DNA of 64,000 nucleotides from Octopus sinensis (taxonomy: Eukaryota). Of this stretch, positions 39,156 through 50,699 are shown one piece after another (positions within the stretch are counted from its first letter, which is position 1; every line of letters begins with the position of its first letter). The position numbers were made by a program, and so were the translations under genes. The notes beneath the pieces were generated by a model. The model was given only the letters and a program-made list of their open reading frames with translations, did no database searches and had not been told where the DNA came from. The stretch covers positions 59,210,001 to 59,274,000 of the forward strand of contig NC_043006.1 of assembly GCF_006345805.1 (NCBI RefSeq), read 5' to 3'.

Positions 39156-40279
39156 ATTAAGAAATATATTAAGAACTGTTTAATTTATGTGAAGTCCTAA
39201 GTGACATTTTATAATGCAATTAACATCAAGAATACTATAAGAGAAAATGAGTGTAAGTATGTGTGCATGTGTGTGCGCGCGTGTGTGTGAGTGTATCTGT
39301 GTATACGTATATGTGTGTGTGCAAATGTGTGCGGTGTGCGATGTGTGTGTTTGTGTTTGTGTGTATATATATGCATATATAACACATAAGCGCGCGCACA
39401 CACTCTCCCTCATTTACACACTGTCTCACTATCTCTCCCTATTACATTTCTCATACACTGAAATTTCTCTCCTCCCGCTTTTCTCTCACAAACACTTTTA
39501 TGCTCATACACTCTATCTATTTGCACAGGCGCGCGTGCGCACACTCACATACACATACACACACACAACACATCCCCATCCATAAACTTTCTCGTACATG
39601 TACATTTTCCTTTCTCTTTTTCTCCCCTGTCACAAACGCCTGTTTGCCTAGACACACACATACATACAATCTCTCTCTCTCTCTCCTTCTCTCTCCTCCT
39701 TCTCTCTGTGTATCTCTACTCTTACACAAACCAATATACAAACTGACACACTCTCTCTCTCACACACACACAAATGTTTATTACAAGACAATATGTATGA
39801 GATCTGATTTTAGTAAAAGAAAAAAATCGATTCTAGCTGGAAATGACTTATTCGTACTAGGCTAATAGTTTCAATATGTATTTATATGCACTATAAAACA
39901 CAAGCATAGCCAATATAGCTAGAGACATCTCGGCAGCTGACAAGGCCTCTTGTAGCCTGTACTATTGTCACGATGTTATCCGGTTGTGCTTCCAATATTT
40001 CTCTATGGTTTATGGTCCGTCAGTAAAGCGACGTACAAAATGCATTGCGTTACTTTATTACAATACTTTTAAGTTCAAAGTTCAAATTTTGCCAAGGTCG
40101 GCGTTACTATTCATCATTGAGAAATCGATAAAATAAGGACCAGTCAAATGTTGTGGTCGATATAATTGATCCCTACCTATTCATTCCTCCTCCACCACAT
40201 ATTTGAGGCTTAGTGTGTTCCAATGAATGTCTTTACATTAAGCTAAATTATGGATGAAGTCAAAATAACCGTATATACT

Positions 40280-40640
40280 CGCCCCCAATGGAGACAACCT
40301 TCAAAGAAATCCGGAATGGAGCCCCGTAGGCGGTTTAGTGTTCGACTCGACACTCTTCCGGCAGCTCCTGCAACCAAGCTGGTGCCAAACGTAATGCGCT
40401 GCACTCCTTTGGACTACGTCAGCAAGGTCGAGAGTGGAATCCTGATGACTGGGCTACCCAGGATTTTCTTACATCTAGCCTAGGACTGCGCAAAACTGGA
40501 GAGGACATGAAATGTAAAAACCAGACTGGATTAGTTTATACGCAACTCCATGGTCTCTCGAGACAAAAGAATGCCAACAACTCGCCTCCAAATACAACTC
40601 CTTATGTGATTTTGTTTTGGTGGGAGACCGATAAATTAAC
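40280..40640 (+). mobile_element. Probable RTE-type LINE 5' UTR fragment
   Basis: GC-rich, hairpin-rich segment (cggcagctcctgcaaccaagctggtgccaaacgtaatgc) of a kind I recall upstream of RTE ORFs. Interrupts a locally duplicated unique sequence. Confidence 0.4.
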
Positions 40641-41974
40641 TTATAGGGTGAATATAATTGTCCTCCCCCCACCGAGTTTGAGCTCCTGTATCTGTGTGAG
40701 ATCAATATTTCTATTGAAAGATTAAAGATTCTACTCTCATTTTAATCCACACTCAGTGAGATAGCTAAATTTTTTTCAGTTTTTTTATAAGGTGGATGGG
40801 ATAATAAAATGCCTTTAAATCTTAATTCAACGATGTAGATGTTGTATTAAAAGGTTATGGTAATTAAGGTGTGTCTTTGTATGGGTGTGAGGATTCCGAT
40901 GCTCCTTATAATTGTATAAGTGTGGACAACTGAAACTTTTTGGATTGACCTTTGTTCTCTTTTCTTCTTTTATTATTTCCTTATTCTTTTATTCATGTGA
41001 GGACGCGTGGGACTAGTGGTTAGGGTTTTGTGCTCACGATGACGAGATCGTGGTTTATATTCCTGGTTAGTTGTGTTCTTGAGTAGATCACTTCATGTCA
41101 CGTTTCCCTTCGATCATTTCATCATCTGACGTGTGGCACACAATTCACTCGTACAGGAAATGTTGATTTGTACGGCACAAACATTTGGTCACCAGATCAA
41201 ATCATCTGTGCAGGCTGTCGGCAAGAAATCGCAGAATCTTCAATATGTCGTTTACGACAGGAGAAGCCACGATTCTTTCTCTCAAAACAACTATCCTACA
41301 TTTATAGCAAAACAGAGTAAAATCTAACATTTAGAATTAGAAATTTGTCTTTTGAACAAGAAGAAAGATTAGCCTTTCAAATTTAATCTTCCTCTAAAAG
41401 TTTTGATGAATTCCAAGATGCTTCTGCAGCGCCTCATCCCCCCTAATACGTACATGTACCTTAACGTAACTTTCTAATACAATCCATACTTCTTTAAAGC
41501 CAACATTTGATATACGGGCGTTGACTAAAAAGTTCATAGGCTGACCAAGATAATGGTCACTGAATGTTACCAACTATATATATATATATATTTGAATAGG
41601 CGAATGAATTATCCTATGTTTATCGTCAGCATGGAAAATTCGTTGAACCGAAACCAGGGTAGCAAATTCACGTCATAAACACGGTTGAAGCGACCTGTCC
41701 AAGGGTAGAAACTCCGGGTTCATGTGCAGAAATTTGTGTATTACTGTAAATGCTAATATACTTAAGATTTGTGGAAGGTTTATGATAAGGGAAGTATGAG
41801 TTATTCTGCAAATTGAGGGTAATGTCTAAGAAGTTGGCTTTAGTTAATTCATCGTCAAAAACGATGCGCAAGCCCATTCTACTAAAAAACCTAACTAATC
41901 TGTTCTTAACATTCTGTATTTTTTGATTCGAAACGTTTTGGAGGTAAAGCAGACAATCGTCGCGATAAAGACTA

Positions 41975-43603
41975 ATGGGAAGTACAAACAGCGTCCAGAT
42001 AGCCGATTTGGTCGGAATTTATATTCTTTATGAAATGGCCGACCAATTCCCGGACATCTGTGGACGTCTTTATCGCGACGATTGTCTGCTTTACCTCCAA
42101 AACGTTTCGAATCAAAAAATACAGAAGGTTAAAAACAGATTAGTTAGGTTTTTTAGTAGAATGGGCTTGCGCATCGTTTTTGACGATGAAGTAACTAAAG
42201 CCAACTTCTTAGACATTATCCTCAATTTGCAGAATAACTCATACTTCCCTTATCATAAACCTTCCACAAATCTTAAGTATATTAGCATTTACAGTAATCA
42301 TGCCAGGCCAGTTACCGATAATTTAGTCAAAAACATATCTTTGAGACTGTCTAAATTATCTGCCAATGTCGACATCTTTAACCAAAAGGCAGACTTCTAT
42401 AATGCCGCCTTGTTAAAAGCCGGTTATAAGGAGAAAGTGTGATACATCGATTCAGCTCATTCTAAACCAACATCTGCTTCTCCAGATAGAAAAGTTACTC
42501 GTAATAGGAATAGTGATTTCAATTCTAATAGTGCCAGCAACCCTGTACATAAAATAAACTCTTTACGGACTAGGGGAGGTAAGCGCCATTCAACCCCAAA
42601 TTTCCAACCCAGAAATTTTCCCCTTACTTTCACAAATAATACTAAGTACAATTCAAAGGCCACAAAAAACTGTATCTGGTTCGTAATACCTTTCGGAAAA
42701 CAAATTAAATCGAACCTTCCCTTGCAGTTCCGTGAAGCCGTTGCTAGGAACTTTCCCAGAAATTCTAGATATCATTCTATTATCAATTCCCACATAGTTA
42801 GAATCGCTTTCTCTAACACTAGAAATCTTTCACAAATTATATCTTCTCCCAATACCAAGCTGCTAAACAAAGATTCTTCACCCGGGAGTTCCAACACTAA
42901 TCTTGCTAATTCCAACCCATCATACAATCATAATAATAGGAATAGTATTAATAGTAATAGCATTGGTAGCAGCGATGGTGTTAACAATGATAATATTAAT
43001 AATAGTATTAGTCGTGTTAATAACAATGGTAATGTTGATGGTAATAACAATAACGGTATTATTGTCGGTGGTATTACTGGTTGTATTGCCATTAATAATA
43101 CTAATAATAATAGAAATAGGGTAGTTGTTGGCGCTAATAATAATAGTAACAACAATCATAGCAATAAAAACTTCGTTTCGATCTCGGAGGACAACCCCAA
43201 CAGAATTAAATTTTTGTCTAGTAATTCTAAGATTAAGAATTCTATTTACCAGTGTAGCATTTCTTCCGGTACGGATGTCTTCTTCTATATAGGAGCGTCC
43301 ACTTCCCAGTTATCCAAGAGAATTTCAAACCATTATTCAACATTCAGGGATAGTAAAAAACGACATAGTACAGGGCTAAGTAAATTAGTTTGGCGTCTTA
43401 AAGACAACAATATAAATTTCAAGTTAGATTGGTTCATACTGTCTGTATCCGTTCCTTTTGATAAGGGCAGGAGATTTTGTAACATTTGCAACTCTGAACT
43501 CTTCCATATTCTCTTCTCTAAGGTTCCCCCTGTAAACACACTCATAGAAAAATCATACAAATGTAAACACTGGCAGAAACATACTTTTTACTCATATAAA
43601 TGA
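41975..43603 (+). pseudogene. Penelope RT-(Asn-rich linker)-GIY-YIG ORF with one in-frame TGA at 42440
   Basis: ORFs 41975-42442 and 42722-43603 are in the same frame. By my translation the 93 codons between them are stop-free. Confidence 0.85.
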
Positions 43604-43881
43604 TAACGATAGTCACTGTGGTTTGAACAATTAGCTTAACGTGCACTCCACTTCAATAGCGAAATTCTTTCCTAAGCCTTCGAACATTCTTTCAATCAAC
43701 GTACCCTTCCCTCTCCACTTGTTCCCTACCTATTTTTCATTTAACCCTTCTCTTCCTACTATCTATCTTTGACGTCAATTCTTCTAACGGTTTTTTTAAA
43801 AACACTCATTATCGTTTTGTTTACCATGTAGGCAGCCATCGAAATTTTTGTTTGTCTTGTTGTCGAGAGGGGCTCCCTTTC

Positions 43882-43961
43882 TTTCCCGATGAGAAGATTG
43901 CATAATGCACCCTTTATTCCTTTGGAATGAAACCATGTTGTCTTCGAAACATATGTCGAGA
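43882..43961 (+). ncRNA. Hammerhead-like motif in the Penelope 1 3' UTR
   Basis: tttc-CCGATGA-GAAGA...TCTTC-GAA-ACATATGT-C-gaga. GUC site; U4 is replaced by C. Confidence 0.6.
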
Positions 43962-44039
43962 GTAAAGGAATTTTGTTAACATCTTCGTTCGACTCCATTC
44001 TTTCATTTATTCATATATATATATTTGTGTATGTGTAAC

Positions 44040-44710
44040 ATAAGTTAAGAAAAAAAACATTGGTTTCATATCGAGCGTGAACTAGATATCTCTTCAGTTT
44101 ATCTAAACAGTAACCGTTTTCTACAAATAATGTTTGTTTTAAAACACAAGACCGCCGGTGATAGTTCAAGAAATAATCCTCTTTAAAAATATGGCCGGCG
44201 AGTTGTCTTCCGTCGCTTCATAGCTAGGTTTTCCAATTTTGAAGTAAAAATTTCCGAAAACGTAGACAACTCCCCACGGCTTCCGTCCTGGAGTTAAGGT
44301 AGCCTCCTGGCTCATGTGAGTTCATGAGAATTATAAATCTTTCTGCCAAACATAATTTACACAGTCTTGTTCCATTACGATAGGGTCCACATGTTTCCAA
44401 TAATCTCCACCTGATGTTAAAGGGCGTATGGTCGTCCTTTAGACGCCATACGTATGCTGCAAGTGTTGTTGTGTTGCGTCTTCCCGGGACCCTGAAAGAA
44501 GATCTGTGGTTGTTTAGGCGAATTTTAAATCTCGATTCACAAGTTCCGATATAAATTTTAGTTTGTGTTCCTGTGTTGGCATTGATGCTATTGATATTTG
44601 TACTGCTTCCGTTTGAGGCTACTTTTGCTTGGTACACTTGTTACATCGGCCGTCCACTGGGCATTCATTCCTAATCCTGCGTGAACAACATGCCTCTGTC
44701 CGTGGCTTAG
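44040..44710 (-). mobile_element. Penelope-like element 2: GIY-YIG endonuclease end plus 3' UTR
   Basis: CSRRIRNECPVDGRC, a frameshift, then YQAKV...KIYIGTCESRFKIRLNNHRSSF...CKLCLAERFII. Hammerhead-like motif at 44053-44100. Confidence 0.88.
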
Positions 44711-44774
44711 AGTGCTAAGTAAATGTATTCTTAATATCAGATGCACTACAGAAAGAGGTTCTTGAATTATGCCA

Positions 44775-44955
44775 TTGCTTGACAACCGATGCTGGTGTGT
44801 TTATGTCTCAGTAACATAGCGGTTCGGCAAAAGCAACCAATAGAATAAGCACTAAGCTTACAAAGAATAAGTTCTGGGGTTGATTTGTTCGACTAAAACT
44901 CTTTAAGGTGATGCTCCAGCATGGCCGCAGTCAAATGACTAAAACATGTAAAAGA
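44775..44955 (+). mobile_element. SINE family A 3' half
   Basis: ttgcttgacaaccgatgctggtgtgttt...gcatggccgcagtcaaatgact. Confidence 0.88.
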
Positions 44956-46354
44956 ATACTGATATATTCACTCATGTAATAACGTGTAACGATTTCCTCC
45001 TTGAAAATAACCGATTTACTGAAAAAGCTGTTTTCCTGGAGCTTCAACATGAAATCGTTTTACACGATATTTTCGTAATCATATTTTCGTTATTATTTCT
45101 GCATCCATTCATTACAAAGCAGGAGAGTAGTTTATAAACACGCCTAGACACCGCAACCTTACTTTCTCGAGTCTTCACAGAGTCATGAGGAACAGGCGGG
45201 TGACTCATTGTCTCCGTATCCAATCTAATCTTCACATCAAATTGAATTGCTTCCCCTTTTCTTTTGAACACAATTTTTACAGACTTTTTTCGTATTTGCC
45301 TTGTAATTCACTTTTGCAGACTGTTCCCTTGCAATGCCCATACGAATATACATACATACAAACATACATACATACATACATACATACATACATACATACT
45401 ATCAAACATACATGCATACATACATACAAACATACATACATACATACATACAAACATACATACTATCAAACATACATGCATACATGCATATATACAAACA
45501 TATATGCATACATACATACATGCATGCACATATACATACATACGTATGTACTTGTAAATATAAGATATATAAAATATGTGTGTGTGCGCGTGCAAGCATG
45601 CGTGTGTGCGTGTGTGTGTATGTTTGTGTGTGTGTATGAATGAAATAAATCTTTTTGGACGGTGAAGATGTATGTAGATAAAGATACAAATAATAGCAAA
45701 TTGAATATTAGAATAAAAGTCCCCTGGATAAACTAATCGAAGGCGTAAACGACACGCACACGCACACACACACATACACACACACGTACGCACACACATA
45801 CATAAACGCAAACGCACATACACACATACGCAAACACACACGCTTGCACGCACACGCATACACACACACACATGTAAGTGCATGTATGTATGTGTATGTA
45901 TATATACGTGTGCGTATAGTACTTACACATGCTGGTTGAGCAAGAAAGAGAATAAGAGAGTAGGGCAGAGTAAAAGAGAGAGAGAGAGAAAGAAGGAGAG
46001 AATGAAAGAGTGAGAGTGACAGGGAGAGAAATAGAGAATATGAGGTAGAAATAGATGGGAAAATAGATGATTACTGGTTATTCTGGTTCGAACATCTGTT
46101 GCTGTCGGAAAAGCAGAATCACAAAATTTGGATGAACTGTTAATGAAAATTTCGCCCTCAAGTAAACCATAGAAAGAACTGCCTCTCTTATTCAGTGCCC
46201 TATTTCTCTTTGTTTAATCAACTTTTTCAGCAAAAACATACATACACATGTAATGCATACTTAAATATATATACAAATATATTTACATATCTATTTATCT
46301 ATCTCTCTTTCCCCCTCTCTCACTCCCTCCTCTCTCCCTCTCTATATATGTATA

Positions 46355-46502
46355 TATCACTGTGATCATCGTGACCGACCAGGCTATCAGATGTTGCTAC
46401 ACATCGCTGGTCACAATGCGCTTCGCATTGTTTTAGCCTTCAAAGCCAGCAAGCCAAGAGAAGAAAGGGTGAGAGAAAGCTGTGGCGAAAGAGTACAGCA
46501 GG
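46355..46502 (-). mobile_element. SINE fragment sharing the family C core, with a different tail
   Basis: Minus strand cctgctgtactctttcgccacagctttctctcacc joined to ...gcattgtgaccagcgatgtgtagcaacatctgatagcctggtcggtcac. Confidence 0.6.
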
Positions 46503-46619
46503 AAATTAAATTAGAGATAAAACCACTATTGATTTGCCTAATAGTGGTTTTATCTCTAATTTAATTTATATTTAATCCTAAATCTAATTTTTCCCTGTAA
46601 GTTTGGATTTACTCCCTAA

Positions 46620-46706
<87 letters not shown>

Positions 46707-46850
46707 TATGAAAGAATGGAGTTGAACGACGAATTAACAAAATTCCTTTATTTTCGACATATGTTTCGTGTCTTCTCTGATGTGAATTTGCTACCCAGGT
46801 ATCGGTTAACCGAATTATCCATAACAAGATAATTCATTCAACTATATATA

Positions 46851-46907
<57 letters not shown>

Positions 46908-47394
46908 GGTAGAAATTTACATTAATCAATTAACATCAATTTTCGGATTTTTTAAAATACGCTATGCCACTGGTTGTAATTGATATTAATTGATTAATTC
47001 TGCCCTCATTATTTAATTTCTAAATAGCAATGTTCTCTAACCGGTAAATTAGCTGCGGTCACTCTTTGCAACACCTGTCCGTGTTCGGAATGTCCTTGCA
47101 CAGAGGCCATCTGTATTTGGGGAAGAGGACAATACAGTACTACAAATATTTGAATTAATATATCTGAATATATTACAGTCACGGTCCCTTAATTTATTTT
47201 TGAAGTAAAATTATTATAACTGTGTGTAACATTGCAGCATCATTTAATTACCAACAAAATGTCTACTTTTAAGGATCACCCATAACTGTGACTTTGATAA
47301 AAGACGTTCGCCCATGTCACTACAGCGAAAAAATTAGTTCGGACTTGAAATTACATAATTGCTAGGCGAATCCTCTAACCATTGAACCAGGCTT

Positions 47395-47425
<31 letters not shown>

Positions 47426-47784
47426 TTCATAAGCTCATGCACTCAAACAGACAAGTATATGCTTACACTGAACAAACGTGTGCATTGTGTTCGTTTTCAC
47501 ACAAACATATAAGACATCGTGGCTAGAAATATAGCCGTTGGGATACATTTTTATAACTGAGTTGTAATTACAGTAATGATATGCCCAGACTGTTGACACC
47601 TTTTACGTGCGATGACTTCATATTTTCGTGTATCATGTCTGTGTAACTACAGTTAATGGAAGTCTTGAGAGGAAGATTACCATATCGTATTGGCAGAAAT
47701 GTGGCATGAGAAAATTTCAAAAGAACTGTATCGGGCTGCTGCTGTTACTGCTACTATCATTAATTATGATAATCCTTTCTACTA

Positions 47785-48202
47785 TAGGTATAAGGCCTGA
47801 AATTTTGATGGAGGGAACTAATTGATTACATCGACCCTATTGTTTTGCTGGTACTTAATTTATCGACCACGAAAGGATGAAAAGCAAAGTCGACGTCTGC
47901 AGGATTTGAACTCCGACCTACGGACGGACGGACGTAATACCACTAACATTTTTCCCGATGTACAAACGATTCCGATAACTCGCCGCCTTAAAATTAAAGA
48001 AGAAAAATATTGGTTTTAAAGTTCAGTACAATGTCATAAATTTCGGGGGTGGATATAAGTCGATTACATCGATCCCCCAGTGCTCAACTGGTATTTATTT
48101 TATAAAAGAAATAGTCGAACTCAGCGGAATTTGAACTCAGAATGTAAATGTAGCTAAACATTTTTCTCGGCGCACTAATGATTCTGCCAGCTCGTTGCCT
48201 TA
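47785..48202 (-). mobile_element. Two adjacent SINE family B copies
   Basis: Both show cggaatttgaactc and tcgacc...gtgct/ggtactt motifs in reverse orientation. Confidence 0.8.
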
Positions 48203-48212
48203 TACCATTATT

Positions 48213-48261
<49 letters not shown>

Positions 48262-48281
48262 TAATAATAATAATAATAATA

Positions 48282-49245
48282 ATGTCATTCGAGAGCATGT
48301 CTGACCCCGTCTGTATTCCTCTTTTCCACCATGGATCATTTCTTTTGTCACTCCCATTATATTTCTGTTTTTTTGACATCAACACCGACATTTTCCGCTA
48401 CAACAGTACTTGCTGCCTTGATCAAATTACTTGTTTCTGTGATGTTTTTTGTTGTGACGTATTTCAGAATTTCACTCACATTTTTCGTTTCTTGGTTCAA
48501 TTTCCACCGATCAACCTTTCTAAGATTGCAAATAATGTCCCTATCGCTCTCCTGTAGCCTTGCCTTTATTCTGTCGTAGATTGTCTTTTGCCCATCTGTC
48601 ATATGACCATTAGTTTTATTGTCTTCTTCCAAACCATCCATATGTCTCTCATTGAGCACTCTACCACAGCTCCTTGTTAGAGATTTATTAGAGATTTCGC
48701 GTCTGTTTTCTGTTTTGAGATTACTTTTATCAGTAGAATCTGTATTTTCATCGTTTCCTCTGTTGCTGACCCGTCTTTTGCTAGCTTTGAGCTCCAGTTC
48801 TGTGAACCAACGATTTTTTTCTTATTACTCTAGCTTGATCACATAATCACTGTTCCGTGAGTTGAAACAATCCTCTTTCTCTCCATTGATCATACATACG
48901 TTGTCGGTATCCCCTAATATGAATATCATTTTCGTCTACAGGTTTGCTCAGGTAGTAACACTGCATGACCACAGCATTGACGTGTTTATTCTATCTACGT
49001 GGTGTGTGCTGATCCCTTGCTGGATAACGACAGGCTGGAGCCGGACAGGTATCTCTGAGCCTCCGGATGCAACACTGTCACCATTAAGGGCTTCAGTTTC
49101 ATTACCACCGTAATTCACAATATTTTGCTTTTTCATTCTCACCCATATGAGGTAGCGATTAACAGTTTCCGGAATTACCAGTGTTTTTATTGTGATACCA
49201 TCACGAGATGTATCATCAATCAAGACATGGGGAGATTCCAACCGC
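48282..49245 (-). mobile_element. Dong/R4-type LINE 5'/N-terminal fragment
   Basis: CYYLSKP...GYRQRMYDQWRERGLFQLTEQ*LCDQARVI...LRKVDRWKLNQET...NITETSNLIKAA...NDPWWKRGI. Confidence 0.8.
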
Positions 49246-49289
49246 TTCCTTTCATTATTATTATTATCGTTCTATATTTAAGAGATGAG

Positions 49290-49450
49290 GAATTATATAC
49301 ATTATTTGCATTATTTACTTTTGACGGACATTTGTCCTCATCTTGTTTGTTGCTAACAACGTTTCGGGTGAAATACCCTCCAGCCTTCATCAGGTGTCTT
49401 GGGAAAATTCGAAAAAATGGGTTCTCATTCCTAAAGTATTTTTCGATCTT
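49290..49450 (-). mobile_element. Family H1 hammerhead-like repeat, copy 2
   Basis: Homologous to 7375-7520. Confidence 0.75.
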
Positions 49451-49505
49451 CTTCTTCCTCTTCTTCTTCTTCTCTTCTTCTTCTTCTTCTTCTTCTTCTC
49501 TTCTT

Positions 49506-49536
<31 letters not shown>

Positions 49537-49548
49537 TTATTATTATTA

Positions 49549-49640
<92 letters not shown>

Positions 49641-49712
49641 TCAGGTCACTGCCTGGAATCGAACTCGGAATCTTGGGGTTAGTAGCCCGCGCTCCTAACC
49701 ACTATGCCATAT
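49641..49712 (-). mobile_element. tRNA-like SINE head with (ATA)n tail
   Basis: ggcatagtggttagg (A box), gagttcgattcc (B box). The anticodon stem pairs poorly, so this is not called a tRNA gene. Confidence 0.7.
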
Positions 49713-49744
49713 GCCCGTGGGAGTGTGGTAAAATAGCTTAGGAA

Positions 49745-49880
49745 AAGTAGCTTAGGAATGAGAACCCATGCTCGAAATTTCTCCAAGACACCTGATGAAG
49801 GCTGGGGGATATATTAGCCGAAACGTTGTGCTAACAACAAACAAGATGAGGATAAATATCCGTCAAATGTAAATAATATT
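49745..49880 (+). mobile_element. Family H1 hammerhead-like repeat, copy 3
   Basis: acac-CTGATGA-aggctg...tagcc-GAAACGTT-gtg at 49787-49831. Confidence 0.78.
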
Positions 49881-49959
49881 ATTATTATCATCACTGATAT
49901 TATTATTTCATTTTTTACTATTTGTCACTGTTAATATTTCCTCTGATCCGACTGGGTAA

Positions 49960-50578
49960 GTTATTATTATTATCATCAGCATCATCATCATCATCATTAT
50001 TCTATGTTTGACTTTTGCTTTATATTTGTACAAGTTGGCTTCAAGTCTCACCTAGAGACCTCAAGAGACAACAGGTTGGAAGTTCATGTTGTTGTTATGC
50101 CTAGTGTGCCATATATTTGGTTTTGTATTTAGTGTTGTACTAGTGAATATCTTAAAAAAAGAAGAAGAATAAGAAAATTATGTTTGTTTTAAGACTTGAG
50201 ATTACATAGAAAGTATTTTGCGTAGGATATGAGCAGTTCCCATGAGCACTATCTTTTGAATTTCTGACATTTTTGGGTTTCCTGGTATCTGAGTTAGGTA
50301 GCAATCAGCCCCTTTTACTATCATTCCCAGGGTAACTATAACAACAGGTATTGTTTTAGTCTTCAGCTTCCACATTTTGCTGATTTCTATTTCAAGATCT
50401 TTATATTTGCTCAGTTTCTGGTAGGTCTTGACAGATACGTTTATATCGATTGGGACAGTCATATCAATGAGGAGGCATGTTCTTTGTCTGAAGTCTTTCA
50501 ATATGATGTCTGGCCTATTTGCATCTATCTTTCTGTCAGTTTGAATGGTGAAGTTCCAGAGGAGTGAGATGTGGTCAG

Positions 50579-50580
<2 letters not shown>
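49960..50580 (-). mobile_element. Dong/R4-type REL endonuclease domain plus 3' UTR
   Basis: LLWNFTIQTDRKIDANRPDIILKD...LIDMTVP...KYKDLEIEISKMW...QKIVLMGTAHILRKILSM*. (GAT)/(AAT) tail. Confidence 0.93.
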
Positions 50581-50665
<85 letters not shown>

Positions 50666-50699
50666 CATTATTATTATCATCATTATCATCATCATCATC

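Larger units (their letters stand above)
41740..43995 (+). mobile_element. Penelope-like element 1, 5'-truncated, with inverted 5' duplication
   Basis: RT with GRLYRDDCL and KANFLDI; SNH linker; CIWFVIPF; GIY-YIG-type SIYQC...FYIGAS...KRISNH...CNICNSE; 3' UTR with a hammerhead-like motif. Confidence 0.9.

Noticed and set aside
40436-40470. CTGATGA followed by a perfect stem, as a hammerhead
   Set aside because: The stem is followed by GATT rather than GAAA, and the flanks pair as a simple extended hairpin.
41511-41545. Mariner-like TIR tatacgggcgttgactaaaaagtt
   Set aside because: No partner TIR or transposase was found nearby.
49641-49712. Possible tRNA gene
   Set aside because: The anticodon stem pairs poorly and the unit runs into an (ATA)n tail, so it is a SINE head.
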